Source: a virus. Taken from it: DNA of 48,536 bases. The notes beneath the pieces were generated by a model. That model was not told where the DNA came from and searched no databases. It was given only the letters and a program-made list of their open reading frames with translations. Location: positions 1 to 48,536 of the IMG/VR virus record IMGVR_UViG_3300009285_000015; one strand, given 5' to 3'. The position numbers and the translations under genes were made by a program. Of this stretch, positions 1 through 8,941 are shown piece after piece (the first letter of the stretch is position 1; the number at the start of each line of letters is the position of its first letter).

Positions 1-77
1 TTCCAATCCATGCTGTTCTCCTATCGTCCGACAGTGAAGGTCTTAAAAACTTGAAATGTTCTCTCAGCGCCTTCTGC
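1..77. repeat. Terminal direct repeat, left copy (identical to 48460..48536)
   Basis: Read directly: bases 1-77 (ttccaatccatgctg...cgccttctgc) recur exactly as the last 77 bases. The start codon of the 48006..48470 ORF lies inside the repeat, and gene order is continuous across the junction. Confidence 0.95.
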
Positions 78-350
78 TCCACCTGATACAACCCTTAATC
101 CATTGAATGCGGGGTCAGTAATTGTTACTGCATTACCAGCGCCAATTGTTACATCTGTCCCGCCTGAAGTTAAGTCCGTATAGGTAGTGCCACCATCAAC
201 AGAGACTTCAATCCCAATAGTCCCACTGAGTGCAGCAGGAGCAGTAATAGTAATCGTCTTAGCATCATCTAAATAGGCTGTCAATGCACTAGATGTAGTC
301 CCACCATTATCAATGACAAGGTTTCCAAGATTCGCAAAGTGTGTGCTCAT
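21..350 (-). CDS. Hypothetical virion-module protein, Gly/Thr/Ala-rich (109 aa)
   Basis: Intact ORF in the minus-strand structural operon. AAGGA lies 4 nt upstream of the ATG at 350. No recognisable catalytic motif. Confidence 0.5.
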   Translation of the reverse strand: MSTHFANLGNLVIDNGGTTSSALTAYLDDAKTITITAPAALSGTIGIEVSVDGGTTYTDLTSGGTDVTIGAGNAVTITDPAFNGLRVVSGGAEGAERTFQVFKTFTVGR

Positions 351-368
351 GGCATCCTTTTAGAAAGA

Positions 369-387
369 CTGGGGGGGAAGCCCCCAG
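369..387 (-). terminator. GC hairpin between the beta-helix gene and the next gene (terminator/attenuator candidate)
   Basis: ctggggg-ggaag-cccccag is a perfect 7-bp stem with a 5-nt loop. On the minus strand it is followed by tctttct. Confidence 0.35.
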
Positions 388-405
388 CCAATCTATTCAT
401 TCCTC

Positions 406-1323
406 TTATGCTGGAACTGCGATGCTCCAACCAGCTAGAGTCAAGTTTGACCCCAATTGAATCCCGGTTGGAATCACGATAGTTCCAATAGCATACGTTG
501 TACTAGCAAATTCATTGCCCGACATATTACCGCTAGATGTCCCAACAATGTTAATAAAGTCTGTTGGGATAGTCACACCACCACCAAAATAGTTACCCCG
601 AATGATGAGGTTTCGTACACCCACAGCATCGTCACCAGGCCCACCAACATAAGTGCTAGTATCACCAGATGCACCAGTTCCAATATCTACCGTAGTCTGC
701 TCTAGGAATTCATTATCAAGAATTCGCACACCTGAGAGAAATGATGTAATCCCAGCATGCATGATAATGCCCCTAGTAGTGTCAATAATTCGACACCCAA
801 TCACTGAATGGTTATTCCCACCAACAAGTAAAACTCCGCACGCAGGTTCCGTAGTACCATCCGATGAGAAGGAGCAGTTCTTGAAATATGAACCAGGGGA
901 CTCAGATGTTTCATTCCCAACCTTCACACAAGCTCGCGTGGTTGAGGCAGAGAAGAATTCCATGTTGTAAGCCGAAATACTCCGTCCCTCAAACACGGTT
1001 GCGCCCTGCACGATGACATGATCGGGATAGCCATACGGAACAGCCCCTAGGAGTGTCAACCCAACCTTGTTAACGGCTAGGTCTTCCACGTATGTTCCCC
1101 GCTGAATGACGATAACATCCCCTCTGCCAGCCACAGCTTCATCAATAGCAGCTTGGATTGTATTGAAGGGATTTTTGGGGGTCCTACCTTGACGAGAAGG
1201 CCCAGGTGAGCCCTGAAACTCTCCAGGGTTAGTTATGTTAGAAACATAGAATACAACACCGAAGCCATTACTAACTGTTCCTGTAAATCCAGGAGCAATT
1301 ACAACATCACTAAATTTAGGCAT
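406..1323 (-). CDS. Right-handed parallel beta-helix repeat protein (possible tailspike/polysaccharide depolymerase), 305 aa
   Basis: The translation shows short periodic segments rich in G/N/I/V (NCSFSS.., GCRIIDTTRGIIMHAG.., RILDNEF.., IIRGNYF..), as in pectate-lyase-fold proteins. Confidence 0.5.
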   Translation of the reverse strand: MPKFSDVVIAPGFTGTVSNGFGVVFYVSNITNPGEFQGSPGPSRQGRTPKNPFNTIQAAIDEAVAGRGDVIVIQRGTYVEDLAVNKVGLTLLGAVPYGYPDHVIVQGATVFEGRSISAYNMEFFSASTTRACVKVGNETSESPGSYFKNCSFSSDGTTEPACGVLLVGGNNHSVIGCRIIDTTRGIIMHAGITSFLSGVRILDNEFLEQTTVDIGTGASGDTSTYVGGPGDDAVGVRNLIIRGNYFGGGVTIPTDFINIVGTSSGNMSGNEFASTTYAIGTIVIPTGIQLGSNLTLAGWSIAVPA

Positions 1324-1397
1324 ATCAACCTTTCGGCTCCCACAATCTTAGTGAAAGGTAACTAAGAAAGCTTAATGAGCCTATTATTATTTATATT

Positions 1398-1425
1398 AAG
1401 GGGTGGGCTTTTACCCCCACCCCTT
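1398..1425 (-). terminator. Strong intrinsic terminator downstream of the capsid gene
   Basis: aaggggtggg / cccacccctt is a perfect 10-bp GC-rich stem (loop 1408-1415) starting 28 nt after the stop of 1453..2364. T/A-rich tracts follow on both strands. Confidence 0.7.
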
Positions 1426-1452
1426 TTGGTTAACTACCAAGCACGTTAACTA

Positions 1453-2364
1453 CTAAGCTCCCGGACTTCCATACACTCCACGGAATTCAGACCAGCCCCT
1501 GATCCAACGGGACCGAATCTTGACTTTCATGCTGGAACTTTCAAAGTCCCAATCGTGCATGGTGTTAGGCTTTTCCCGCCAATAGCTTCTAACAAAATGC
1601 CTGCTAGGCTCCGCAAGAAGGAACCAAGCATCTGCATCCGTAAGATATGGCCAAGACACAACCCGCAAACCATCATCGCGGAAGGCGTTAATGGAACGAT
1701 CCGCAGTATCTGGCTTGTCAGGAGACTGAATTAGCTCTTTTGCAAGCCAACTATTCTCCATAGCAACAAGCAGAATCTTTGGACGCCAATGCAGCAATTT
1801 CCCTGCATCGTCAGTCGTGTCAGCGATGTCATTGACGGCATCGCGGATAGACGAAACGCTAAGGTCCGCAGCCGTTGTCAACTCATTCTGCTCAGTCCCA
1901 CCACCGATAAGGGGATGGTTCGTAGCCATGAGTGCAACACCGTCTGGTGAACCTGTAGTACTAGTAAACGCATTGTTGTATACAGAAGCATGATCTACAT
2001 TATAAGCATAAGTCATGCTCTGACCAAGCGCACGGGCAGCATCACTGACAACCTCTTCTTGCTCATCGTCCAGTGCCTCTTTGGAAGCTCTGAACGCGAG
2101 TTCATAAGAGTCAGCAGTGTATGTCTTGTCATACCCCTGGGCCAGATCATCGTAAACAACATTTGCACCCTCAGACTTAACCGGCACTGAGCCAAAAGAG
2201 GCAACAGTGGTCGTCCGCACAAAGGGCTTATTCCCCATGTCACGAACGTCAAAGATAGACGACACAATGCCGTCTTCAATGTCGATTTCGTCAAAGAGCA
2301 CCTGCTCAAGGAATGCAAGCCTTGATAGGTAAAGATCAGGAAGAGTAGACCTAAGAGTTGCCAT
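1453..2364 (-). CDS. Putative major capsid protein (303 aa)
   Basis: Size and position fit: it lies downstream of the portal and scaffold-like genes and is followed by the strongest terminator hairpin in the window. No motif-level confirmation is possible by eye. Confidence 0.55.
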   Translation of the reverse strand: MATLRSTLPDLYLSRLAFLEQVLFDEIDIEDGIVSSIFDVRDMGNKPFVRTTTVASFGSVPVKSEGANVVYDDLAQGYDKTYTADSYELAFRASKEALDDEQEEVVSDAARALGQSMTYAYNVDHASVYNNAFTSTTGSPDGVALMATNHPLIGGGTEQNELTTAADLSVSSIRDAVNDIADTTDDAGKLLHWRPKILLVAMENSWLAKELIQSPDKPDTADRSINAFRDDGLRVVSWPYLTDADAWFLLAEPSRHFVRSYWREKPNTMHDWDFESSSMKVKIRSRWIRGWSEFRGVYGSPGA

Positions 2365-2379
2365 ATATCATGTCTCCCC

Positions 2380-2913
2380 TTAGATACCCGCCACTTCAAA
2401 CCCACCATAGAGGTGTTCATTCAAACGAATGACCCACTTCCTAGGGGAGCCAGCAGCGGCAGCATAACTCTGAGCTTCGATTGGATGAAGGTTCATGACT
2501 TTAACAGCTAGTCCTGCCGTGGTTGCGGCACTGGAGCTATCAATCTCATGAAGACTACGGAGCGTAGTCGTATCACCAGTAGTCACCACTAGGTCAGCAT
2601 TCAGTCCACGAGAAGCAGCAGTCATAGCAGTCGTATCACTATCATCCTGCATCGTGTAAAGCTGGTCCGGGTGATCGTACACAAGAACTGCATCATCAGC
2701 TACACTGGTAATAGTCCAGCCCACAGCCACACCGACTATGGTAGCGGAACTAGCCGCACTGACCGCAAGAGCACCATCGGCCTCTTGGATCAACACGTCA
2801 CCAGCATAGAACGCAGCAGCAGCCGCGTCTTTACTGTATGGAGCAATTCTGAGCACTTGGTCATACGGCAATGCGCCGAATGGAGCATCAACGGCTGCTC
2901 TAAGCCAAGGCAT
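2380..2913 (-). CDS. Hypothetical head-module protein (possible decoration/accessory), 177 aa
   Basis: Ala/Val/Thr-rich ORF immediately upstream of the capsid gene. The call rests on position only. Confidence 0.4.
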   Translation of the reverse strand: MPWLRAAVDAPFGALPYDQVLRIAPYSKDAAAAAFYAGDVLIQEADGALAVSAASSATIVGVAVGWTITSVADDAVLVYDHPDQLYTMQDDSDTTAMTAASRGLNADLVVTTGDTTTLRSLHEIDSSSAATTAGLAVKVMNLHPIEAQSYAAAAGSPRKWVIRLNEHLYGGFEVAGI

Positions 2914-2926
2914 GTAGTAGAATCTC

Positions 2927-3568
2927 CTATATATCTTCTTTCATGCTTGACCCCTCACCTTGAGTATGAGTAGGATGATGCCCCTCAATTCTAACATGTC
3001 GCCCGAATTTGCCTTGAGATGCAGCCTCTTTCAAAACCTGCATGCGCTCAACACTGGACATTTTCTGTCTTTCAACACGCTGAGCTTTGATACGACTTCT
3101 CGATTCAACCCAGCTTTTAAACATCCAAGCGAGGATGTCGCCACCCTGGCCACCTCTGCGTACGTTATTTTCAGGACTAATCATCTGTCTCACGATGACT
3201 TTCACTCTTGAATCGCTTGCCATCACTGGTTGCCAATCTCTCCAGCCAAGTTGATCAATCAATCTAGGATTAATCCACCGTAGCTCCCAGTTATCTGGAA
3301 CAGTGACAAAGCGCCTTGCATCCGTGTCATGCTTACCATAGTTTGGCAGCACTTCCCACGGAGGAGGTGGTTCTGTCATGTCGATAGTGACACCAGTATC
3401 CGGCTCTTTCCAAGTAGTGATCTTTTCATCTAGTAAAGATGAGTCAAACACTTTGGTTGGAATGGTCCCCAGTTCTTCTGCTACTGGGGCGTTTTTAAGT
3501 TCCTCCACAATTGAGCTTCCGAGGCGAGGGATTCCTCTAGGCATGTTATTTATTACCTTCCTGTTCAC
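2927..3568 (-). CDS. Hypothetical head-module protein (213 aa)
   Basis: Intact ORF tightly packed in the operon. No motif recognised. Confidence 0.45.
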   Translation of the reverse strand: MNRKVINNMPRGIPRLGSSIVEELKNAPVAEELGTIPTKVFDSSLLDEKITTWKEPDTGVTIDMTEPPPPWEVLPNYGKHDTDARRFVTVPDNWELRWINPRLIDQLGWRDWQPVMASDSRVKVIVRQMISPENNVRRGGQGGDILAWMFKSWVESRSRIKAQRVERQKMSSVERMQVLKEAASQGKFGRHVRIEGHHPTHTQGEGSSMKEDI

Positions 3569-4352
3569 GAATAATGATCATAGCAGCCGGGTCCAGGCCA
3601 CTCCTTCCAGCAGCTTGCCTGTCCTCAAAGCCTTTCTTTGCTTTCTTAATGAAAGCAATGGGGTCCTTAGCGCCCATACGCTTTGCTAAGTCAAGTTCTT
3701 TTTGAGTAATTACGATGTCCCCCGGTTTAGCAGGAATACGTCGTACAGTTGAACCCTCTATAGCCGAAGCAGGCGCATTTTGTGCAACTGGCAACGGCTT
3801 AGGTGGGCTAACTAACTCATGATTCTCAACAATAGCAGTCTTAATGGCTTCAAGATCAAGTGCATTTTCGCTTGGCCACTGTCCTAATCCACGAAGGACT
3901 GACTTAGTTCTAAGGGCCGCTTGCGTAAGCGGGTTAGAAGGATCAGTCAACTGTGGGTATCGAGCATAGATTACGCGAAGCTGGTCAGCAATAGCTCGTT
4001 GTATACGGTCTGCTGCCATTGCTCGCTGAGTCATACGATTAGTAAGCTCTAGCTGAGCTTGGGCATCCCCCATTGCAGCGAGTCTCGCAATATCTTCATC
4101 TGATTGAGATGGAGCCTGCTCAACTTGCTGTGTTTGGGGCTTATTCGCAAATGCGAGTTCACCAAGCATCTGCTCAATTCGGCTGAACTTGCGGTCCATT
4201 TCAGCCTTCAGATTTTCTACTGGCCGCTCACCAGTTGGAGGAATTACATCAGTTTTAACGGGCTGAAGTACCGATTCCTCTTTTGGCTCTTCCAATATAA
4301 CTGTTGGCGAGTCAGTTATCACGCCTTCTACTACTTCTTCATGAGTTGGCAT
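3546..4352 (-). CDS. Putative scaffolding protein (268 aa)
   Basis: Acidic, Gln/Ala/Glu-rich, helix-prone sequence located between the portal and capsid genes. Confidence 0.4.
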   Translation of the reverse strand: MPTHEEVVEGVITDSPTVILEEPKEESVLQPVKTDVIPPTGERPVENLKAEMDRKFSRIEQMLGELAFANKPQTQQVEQAPSQSDEDIARLAAMGDAQAQLELTNRMTQRAMAADRIQRAIADQLRVIYARYPQLTDPSNPLTQAALRTKSVLRGLGQWPSENALDLEAIKTAIVENHELVSPPKPLPVAQNAPASAIEGSTVRRIPAKPGDIVITQKELDLAKRMGAKDPIAFIKKAKKGFEDRQAAGRSGLDPAAMIIIREQEGNK

Positions 4353-4394
4353 TTTGTCCTTTGGCTATTTACGCAGCCACCCGAAGAGGTTTAG

Positions 4395-4661
4395 TTAAAA
4401 TTTCCCCGCAGTTGTGACAGTAGAACCAGACTTGAATCCACCTACTTTAGTAGACTCTTCCTGTCTCTTGGCTCCAATATCACCACTAGGAGACTGGCTT
4501 GCGCCAGCAGGCATCTTACTCTTTGAATGTTTACCGTGTTTCATAGTTGCAAATTCCTCCAGTTGTTTTTCACTCATTCCAGTTTGGGTCTTTTTACCAG
4601 TACGTTTTCTACCAAGTTCTGCACCAAAAAATCTACGTTGCTTTTCGCTAACTGCGGGCAT
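4395..4661 (-). CDS. Small basic protein, DUF3008-like N-terminus (88 aa)
   Basis: The N-terminal SEKQRRFFGAELGRKR motif resembles the conserved start of DUF3008-type phage/bacterial proteins. This is recalled from memory and not searched. Confidence 0.45.
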   Translation of the reverse strand: MPAVSEKQRRFFGAELGRKRTGKKTQTGMSEKQLEEFATMKHGKHSKSKMPAGASQSPSGDIGAKRQEESTKVGGFKSGSTVTTAGKF

Positions 4662-4896
4662 ACCGTCCCCTACTCTCTGTTTCTTCTACAATGGATTTAG
4701 GCAAGAGAAGGACATCTTTCGTACCAAAGTAAACACCTTGCCAATAGCGAGTATCCATCTCTGAATGCAAGACCCTATTAGTTTTGTCTTCAAGCATGGC
4801 TTCAATATGTTTCTTAAGTACTTGCCAGTAAGCAGTGCTTAAGAACTCTTGCATGACTTGGGCATCATGAATCCACTCTGCCTGTGTTTGATCCAT
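4648..4896 (-). CDS. Hypothetical protein (82 aa)
   Basis: ORF directly downstream of the portal gene; its start overlaps the portal stop. Confidence 0.45.
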   Translation of the reverse strand: MDQTQAEWIHDAQVMQEFLSTAYWQVLKKHIEAMLEDKTNRVLHSEMDTRYWQGVYFGTKDVLLLPKSIVEETESRGRYARS

Positions 4897-7208
4897 TACA
4901 TCATCCCTGGTGCGCCCATATTAGCGCCAGGAGAGGGAGTCTGCGGAGCCTGTTGGCCAGTCTGTGCATTCATAGCTTGTGGGCCAATTTGTGAGCCTTG
5001 GCTTGGCTTCCCTCCACCCTTTGCCATTAGTTGTTGAGCCATAGATTGCATTTGCGCTAGCCTTAAAGTCTTTGAGACGTGTTGCTGGAGTTTAGCAATG
5101 CCAACAGGACCAAGTGTTTGAAGAACTACTGTATTCTCCAGTTGAGCCATATGCAACTCTAAGTGTTGTAGAGCATTCTCTAGAATAGTTGGCTCCCTAT
5201 CTCCACCATCAACGAAGATTTGTAGTTCTTGTTCAGGAGTATAAACAATCTCTTCATCTCGAATAGGCTCTAAGATAAGGTCTGGATCACTCTCACCATA
5301 ACTACGGTAAAACTCCCTAAGTAGTCTGTGCAGGCCCTTTGTGCCAATGGCCCCAATTTGTAATAGAATGGGACTAAGAGCAGTAGTAAGTTTGACTGTA
5401 GCATCTTCCCGCATCACTTGACGATTGAGGGTTTCAGCAGTAGCGGTTAACTTTAAATCAAAATTCCCAAGCAGTTCACTACGATCTGTGAGTGTAATTA
5501 ACTCAGGAATTCTCCCAGTGACACGGAATTCTCTTCCGGGGGATAAATATTGAGCATCCAATGCAAGAATATGGCTGAACACTTTCTCCCACATAGATTG
5601 GAAGGCTCGCATTGCTGTGCGGAATCTTAATCCGGCCTCACTAAGTAGAGCCGAAGTCCCACTAGCAGTCCTAGTAGCACCAACCCGATTGGGCTGCCTA
5701 CCAAGAACAATGTCAGGAAGTCCAGTAAGCCGCTCAAAATATTGGTAAAGAAGAGCCTCTTCAGCCTGTCCAAATTGTGTTCCCCCCTGCCAGTTCATCA
5801 TTAAGATGTCACGAGAGGGGTCATCAATTGGAACTCCCTCGCCAGGACGGAGCTTATAGCCAACTGGACTATGAGTAGAACTGGCCCTATAAAAGTAACC
5901 AGGATTGTTTTGAATAGTTCCAGCATCTACCCGCTGATTATGAATTGTATTAATTTCTTCTTGGATACCTCTAACTATCTCTGCAAAGCTGACCCCGTAG
6001 AATCTCCCCGGAATAGGCAAGTATCGTCCCACGACGAAGGGTCTAAGTCCATGGGCAAAGACATTATCCAAATAGTCCCATCCAAGGAGCTTGTCTGGCA
6101 ATGTGGGACAGGACCACGTAATGATTTCTTCTTCAAATCCATCTTCATCTATATCCCAACGTCTGTAGTCTTCAATGATTTCATATTGAATAGTCTTAAC
6201 ATCTGTTTCTCCATCGGGGGCTACTCCTTCAATACTAGCTCTGTTATCTTCTACTCCTACTTGATCATCTGCTATATTCTTTCCAACCCCTTTGACTACA
6301 TTGATTAGCTCTTCTACTCTGTCTTGATAGAAACGGTTTTCTTGTACCTTTCTACGAAGATCATTTTCATATAACCACAATCTTTGAGAACAGAAAGGCA
6401 TTCTTTGAACATCATCCCCAGCATTGACAGGAACCAAGAAGTCTTCAGCAGTGATTAATTCAACCCTTGGGCCATCATATACTAATTCATCTTTTTCTAT
6501 TAATGCTAAGGTTTCTTTATCAGTATATTTAAACTTAGCTTTAACCTTCCGCTCAGTGGAGCCAGATTTAAGCGTGCCTTCCCATACATTAGTTGTAGTT
6601 TGCTCAAAGTCTTCTGGAAGGCTAGGACCAAAGAGAGTCCTCAGCATAATGCTTGAATCTGTCGCAGTAGGAAATCTGCGGAGGGCTTTTACCTTTCGTC
6701 TATCAGTACGCCATAGAATTTTAATAACCACAGTGCCGGGGATAAGGAAGCGATGAGCCGATTCACTAATTAATGAATCAAGATCAAGTTCGTTCTGAAT
6801 TTGCCAGTTTATAAAGAGTTCTACAACATCTCTCTTTTTATCATCTAAGGCTTCAGTAGGTTTGGCAATGAGAACTGGATCACCACCTAGAATGGTTTCA
6901 GTTAATCTAGGTTTGAGTGTTTCAACTCCCAGCATAGTGAGAGGAACATGGAAGTTAGAACATCCTGGCCAAGGGAAGTCTTTTCTTGGCAGTCTACCAT
7001 GATATAGATTATCCCATTCTATAAGACGAGTTTCCCAGTCCATGCGGTCAAGAAGTGCTGCTCTATAGTCAGAATGAATCATTCTAACCAAGTCTTCTTC
7101 ATCCCGCTCATCGAGACGTGGAATTAATTCATCTAATAGCTCATCCGCCTCTGTCTCAGGAGGAGCTTCTACTGGCTGGATTTCTTCAACTACTTCTTGT
7201 GCGTCCAT
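4896..7208 (-). CDS. Putative portal protein (770 aa)
   Basis: Large ORF immediately downstream of the terminase nuclease ORF. It has an acidic N-terminus and a Gln/Gly/Pro-rich C-terminal tail. Size and synteny are typical of a podovirus portal. Confidence 0.6.
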   Translation of the reverse strand: MDAQEVVEEIQPVEAPPETEADELLDELIPRLDERDEEDLVRMIHSDYRAALLDRMDWETRLIEWDNLYHGRLPRKDFPWPGCSNFHVPLTMLGVETLKPRLTETILGGDPVLIAKPTEALDDKKRDVVELFINWQIQNELDLDSLISESAHRFLIPGTVVIKILWRTDRRKVKALRRFPTATDSSIMLRTLFGPSLPEDFEQTTTNVWEGTLKSGSTERKVKAKFKYTDKETLALIEKDELVYDGPRVELITAEDFLVPVNAGDDVQRMPFCSQRLWLYENDLRRKVQENRFYQDRVEELINVVKGVGKNIADDQVGVEDNRASIEGVAPDGETDVKTIQYEIIEDYRRWDIDEDGFEEEIITWSCPTLPDKLLGWDYLDNVFAHGLRPFVVGRYLPIPGRFYGVSFAEIVRGIQEEINTIHNQRVDAGTIQNNPGYFYRASSTHSPVGYKLRPGEGVPIDDPSRDILMMNWQGGTQFGQAEEALLYQYFERLTGLPDIVLGRQPNRVGATRTASGTSALLSEAGLRFRTAMRAFQSMWEKVFSHILALDAQYLSPGREFRVTGRIPELITLTDRSELLGNFDLKLTATAETLNRQVMREDATVKLTTALSPILLQIGAIGTKGLHRLLREFYRSYGESDPDLILEPIRDEEIVYTPEQELQIFVDGGDREPTILENALQHLELHMAQLENTVVLQTLGPVGIAKLQQHVSKTLRLAQMQSMAQQLMAKGGGKPSQGSQIGPQAMNAQTGQQAPQTPSPGANMGAPGMM

Positions 7209-8108
7209 TTAGTCTCTGACGGTCCCATAGCCCATGTAATTAACTGAAGGTTGCATAAGTTGAGCAGCATTGAAGTGAATCCTACTTAATCCTAATTTAG
7301 AATGTAACCCAATTACAAGATAGCGCAATGAAGCCATAATATCAGCCCAAGGATGTGTATCATCATCAGGCTCTTCTTTAATACGGCCATCTCTAGTCTC
7401 AGGGAAGATATAACGACCTAGGAAGGCTTGGGTCAAAGTGGGGCAAGTGGACTCATCCACCCTAAGACCCGGCGTGCCATCAGCACGCATGGAGAGGAGT
7501 CTGTGCACTAAAGTCCTTCCATCCTTCCTAGACCATCCATATTCATAATTAGCATTTATACCTAATCCAGACAATACTTCAGTGTCTCTCTTTTCGTTCT
7601 TCTCAGATTCTAGAGATTTAACTTGTTGCCCCGCTGGATCACAATAATCTTCATATCCCGCTGCATGAAGAGGATACCAGTCTTCACAGAGTTTAATTAC
7701 TCGTTGGGCAAAGTCATTAGTAATTTGGTTTCTTCCTACAAGTTCTTTAATTATACAGAGTCTACCTTCTTTATCTATTTGAGCGAAGAGGCAAGCTGGA
7801 GCATGGTAGCCAAAGTCCCAACTTCTGTAGATTACTTTGTGTCTGTTGAATGGAATTAGTTGAGTATGATATATTTGGCTGAATTGGGGGAAGACCCGGC
7901 TGCCTTTTCCTACAAAAAAGTTAATGTTATATTCACGCTCGAAATCATTTGGGTCGGGGAATTGAGTCTTTTGCACGTCCACCCATTTTTGTGCTCGTTC
8001 CCTTTTTAACAGATCAGAGTTATCTGGGTCAAGGTCCGGGTTAGCCGTAAAATGCAGTCTAACAGCAGTAAACCCCATTGCGTTTTGTGATACACTAAAC
8101 CCTTTCAT
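7209..8108 (-). CDS. terL: Large terminase, C-terminal RNase-H-like nuclease domain encoded as a separate ORF (299 aa)
   Basis: Acidic-residue motifs match terminase nuclease domains: YRSWDFGY, EDYCDPAGQQ, and DDDTHPWADIMASLRYLV. The N-terminus (VRLHFTANPD, FEREYN) matches the region just after the ATPase domain in intact TerL. Confidence 0.7.
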   Translation of the reverse strand: MKGFSVSQNAMGFTAVRLHFTANPDLDPDNSDLLKRERAQKWVDVQKTQFPDPNDFEREYNINFFVGKGSRVFPQFSQIYHTQLIPFNRHKVIYRSWDFGYHAPACLFAQIDKEGRLCIIKELVGRNQITNDFAQRVIKLCEDWYPLHAAGYEDYCDPAGQQVKSLESEKNEKRDTEVLSGLGINANYEYGWSRKDGRTLVHRLLSMRADGTPGLRVDESTCPTLTQAFLGRYIFPETRDGRIKEEPDDDTHPWADIMASLRYLVIGLHSKLGLSRIHFNAAQLMQPSVNYMGYGTVRD

Positions 8109-8815
8109 TAAGGAATAATTATCCTACTCTTATCCTCTTCTGCTTTCTTTATCATATTATAAGCTCTAGCATATTGAGAATGAAGCATATTCATACTAAT
8201 TCCTTGAATCATATGGTCAGCGGGGATTCCAAAGTCACAGTAAATATCAAAGCCTGCTTTCTGTGCTCTGGAACAGAATGCAACGTCATCACTCATTACT
8301 TGGCAGCCCCAAGCATTGTATGTTACATTGAAGGGAGCTTTCATATCTGGATGCTCTAAGACTGTCCGTTGAATAGCTATACAACCCGTTGCTACAGCAT
8401 CACACACAACGAGGGCAGGGTTCCCGTAATACTCAAAAGGCTTCTCAAATGGAATGTAAACTTTCCGTTCCTTCTCAAATGTGAATATTCCGGGGAAGGG
8501 CAAATTAATCTCTGGTCTGCTGATAAAGTAAGGTGCCCCTACGATAGGCTCATTGTGGTTAAGAATGTTTAATAGGTTCTTATGGGGGACAACCTCTTCA
8601 TCTATCAGGATGAGATAATCATACTTTGCTGGGTGCTCAAGAAAGGTTCTTACTATAGCATTTCGTACATCACTGATACTTAACTTACTAGCAACGTATT
8701 GAATAGGAGGTAATGTAGGGCTAGCATCACGAATAGCTTGGAGTCTAGTTACTGTATTAGAGTCTATTAAGCCTTTAGTAGGAACTGCCAGCAAGACTTT
8801 ATTTAGTTCTAGCAT
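8108..8815 (-). CDS. GT-A-fold glycosyltransferase-like protein (235 aa from the ATG at 8815; the track start 8824 is a non-ATG alternative)
   Basis: YLILIDEEVV is a DxD-like acidic motif, and MSDDVAFCSRAQKAGFDIYCD...ADH resembles the ED..FC..A...G motif of family-2-like glycosyltransferases. Confidence 0.5.
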   Translation of the reverse strand: MLELNKVLLAVPTKGLIDSNTVTRLQAIRDASPTLPPIQYVASKLSISDVRNAIVRTFLEHPAKYDYLILIDEEVVPHKNLLNILNHNEPIVGAPYFISRPEINLPFPGIFTFEKERKVYIPFEKPFEYYGNPALVVCDAVATGCIAIQRTVLEHPDMKAPFNVTYNAWGCQVMSDDVAFCSRAQKAGFDIYCDFGIPADHMIQGISMNMLHSQYARAYNMIKKAEEDKSRIIIP

Positions 8816-8939
8816 GGTCCTCAAGATGCTTTATAAACATTTGTCTCAACTCGTGGAGGTCGTTAAAGATTATCTTTAACACAAATAAGAGATTGACGCC
8901 ACTAAGCATCACCCCGGCTAGGGAAAGATAGAATTCCAT
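8799..8939 (-). CDS. 46-aa hydrophobic (single-TM-like) peptide
   Basis: Translated by hand as MEFYLSLAGVMLSGVNLLFVLKIIFNDLHELRQMFIKHLEDHARTK. The ATG is 2 nt after the protease stop, and the ORF ends overlapping the glycosyltransferase start. It is below the ORF-track cutoff. Confidence 0.35.
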   Translation of the reverse strand: MEFYLSLAGVMLSGVNLLFVLKIIFNDLHELRQMFIKHLEDHARTK

Positions 8940-8941
8940 GA

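Noticed and set aside
1-77. Biological T7-like direct terminal repeat
   Set aside because: At 77 bp it is shorter than typical podovirus DTRs and equals a standard assembler k-mer. It interrupts a gene start rather than lying in a non-coding terminus. I kept it as an assembly overlap, though read-terminus analysis is needed to be sure.
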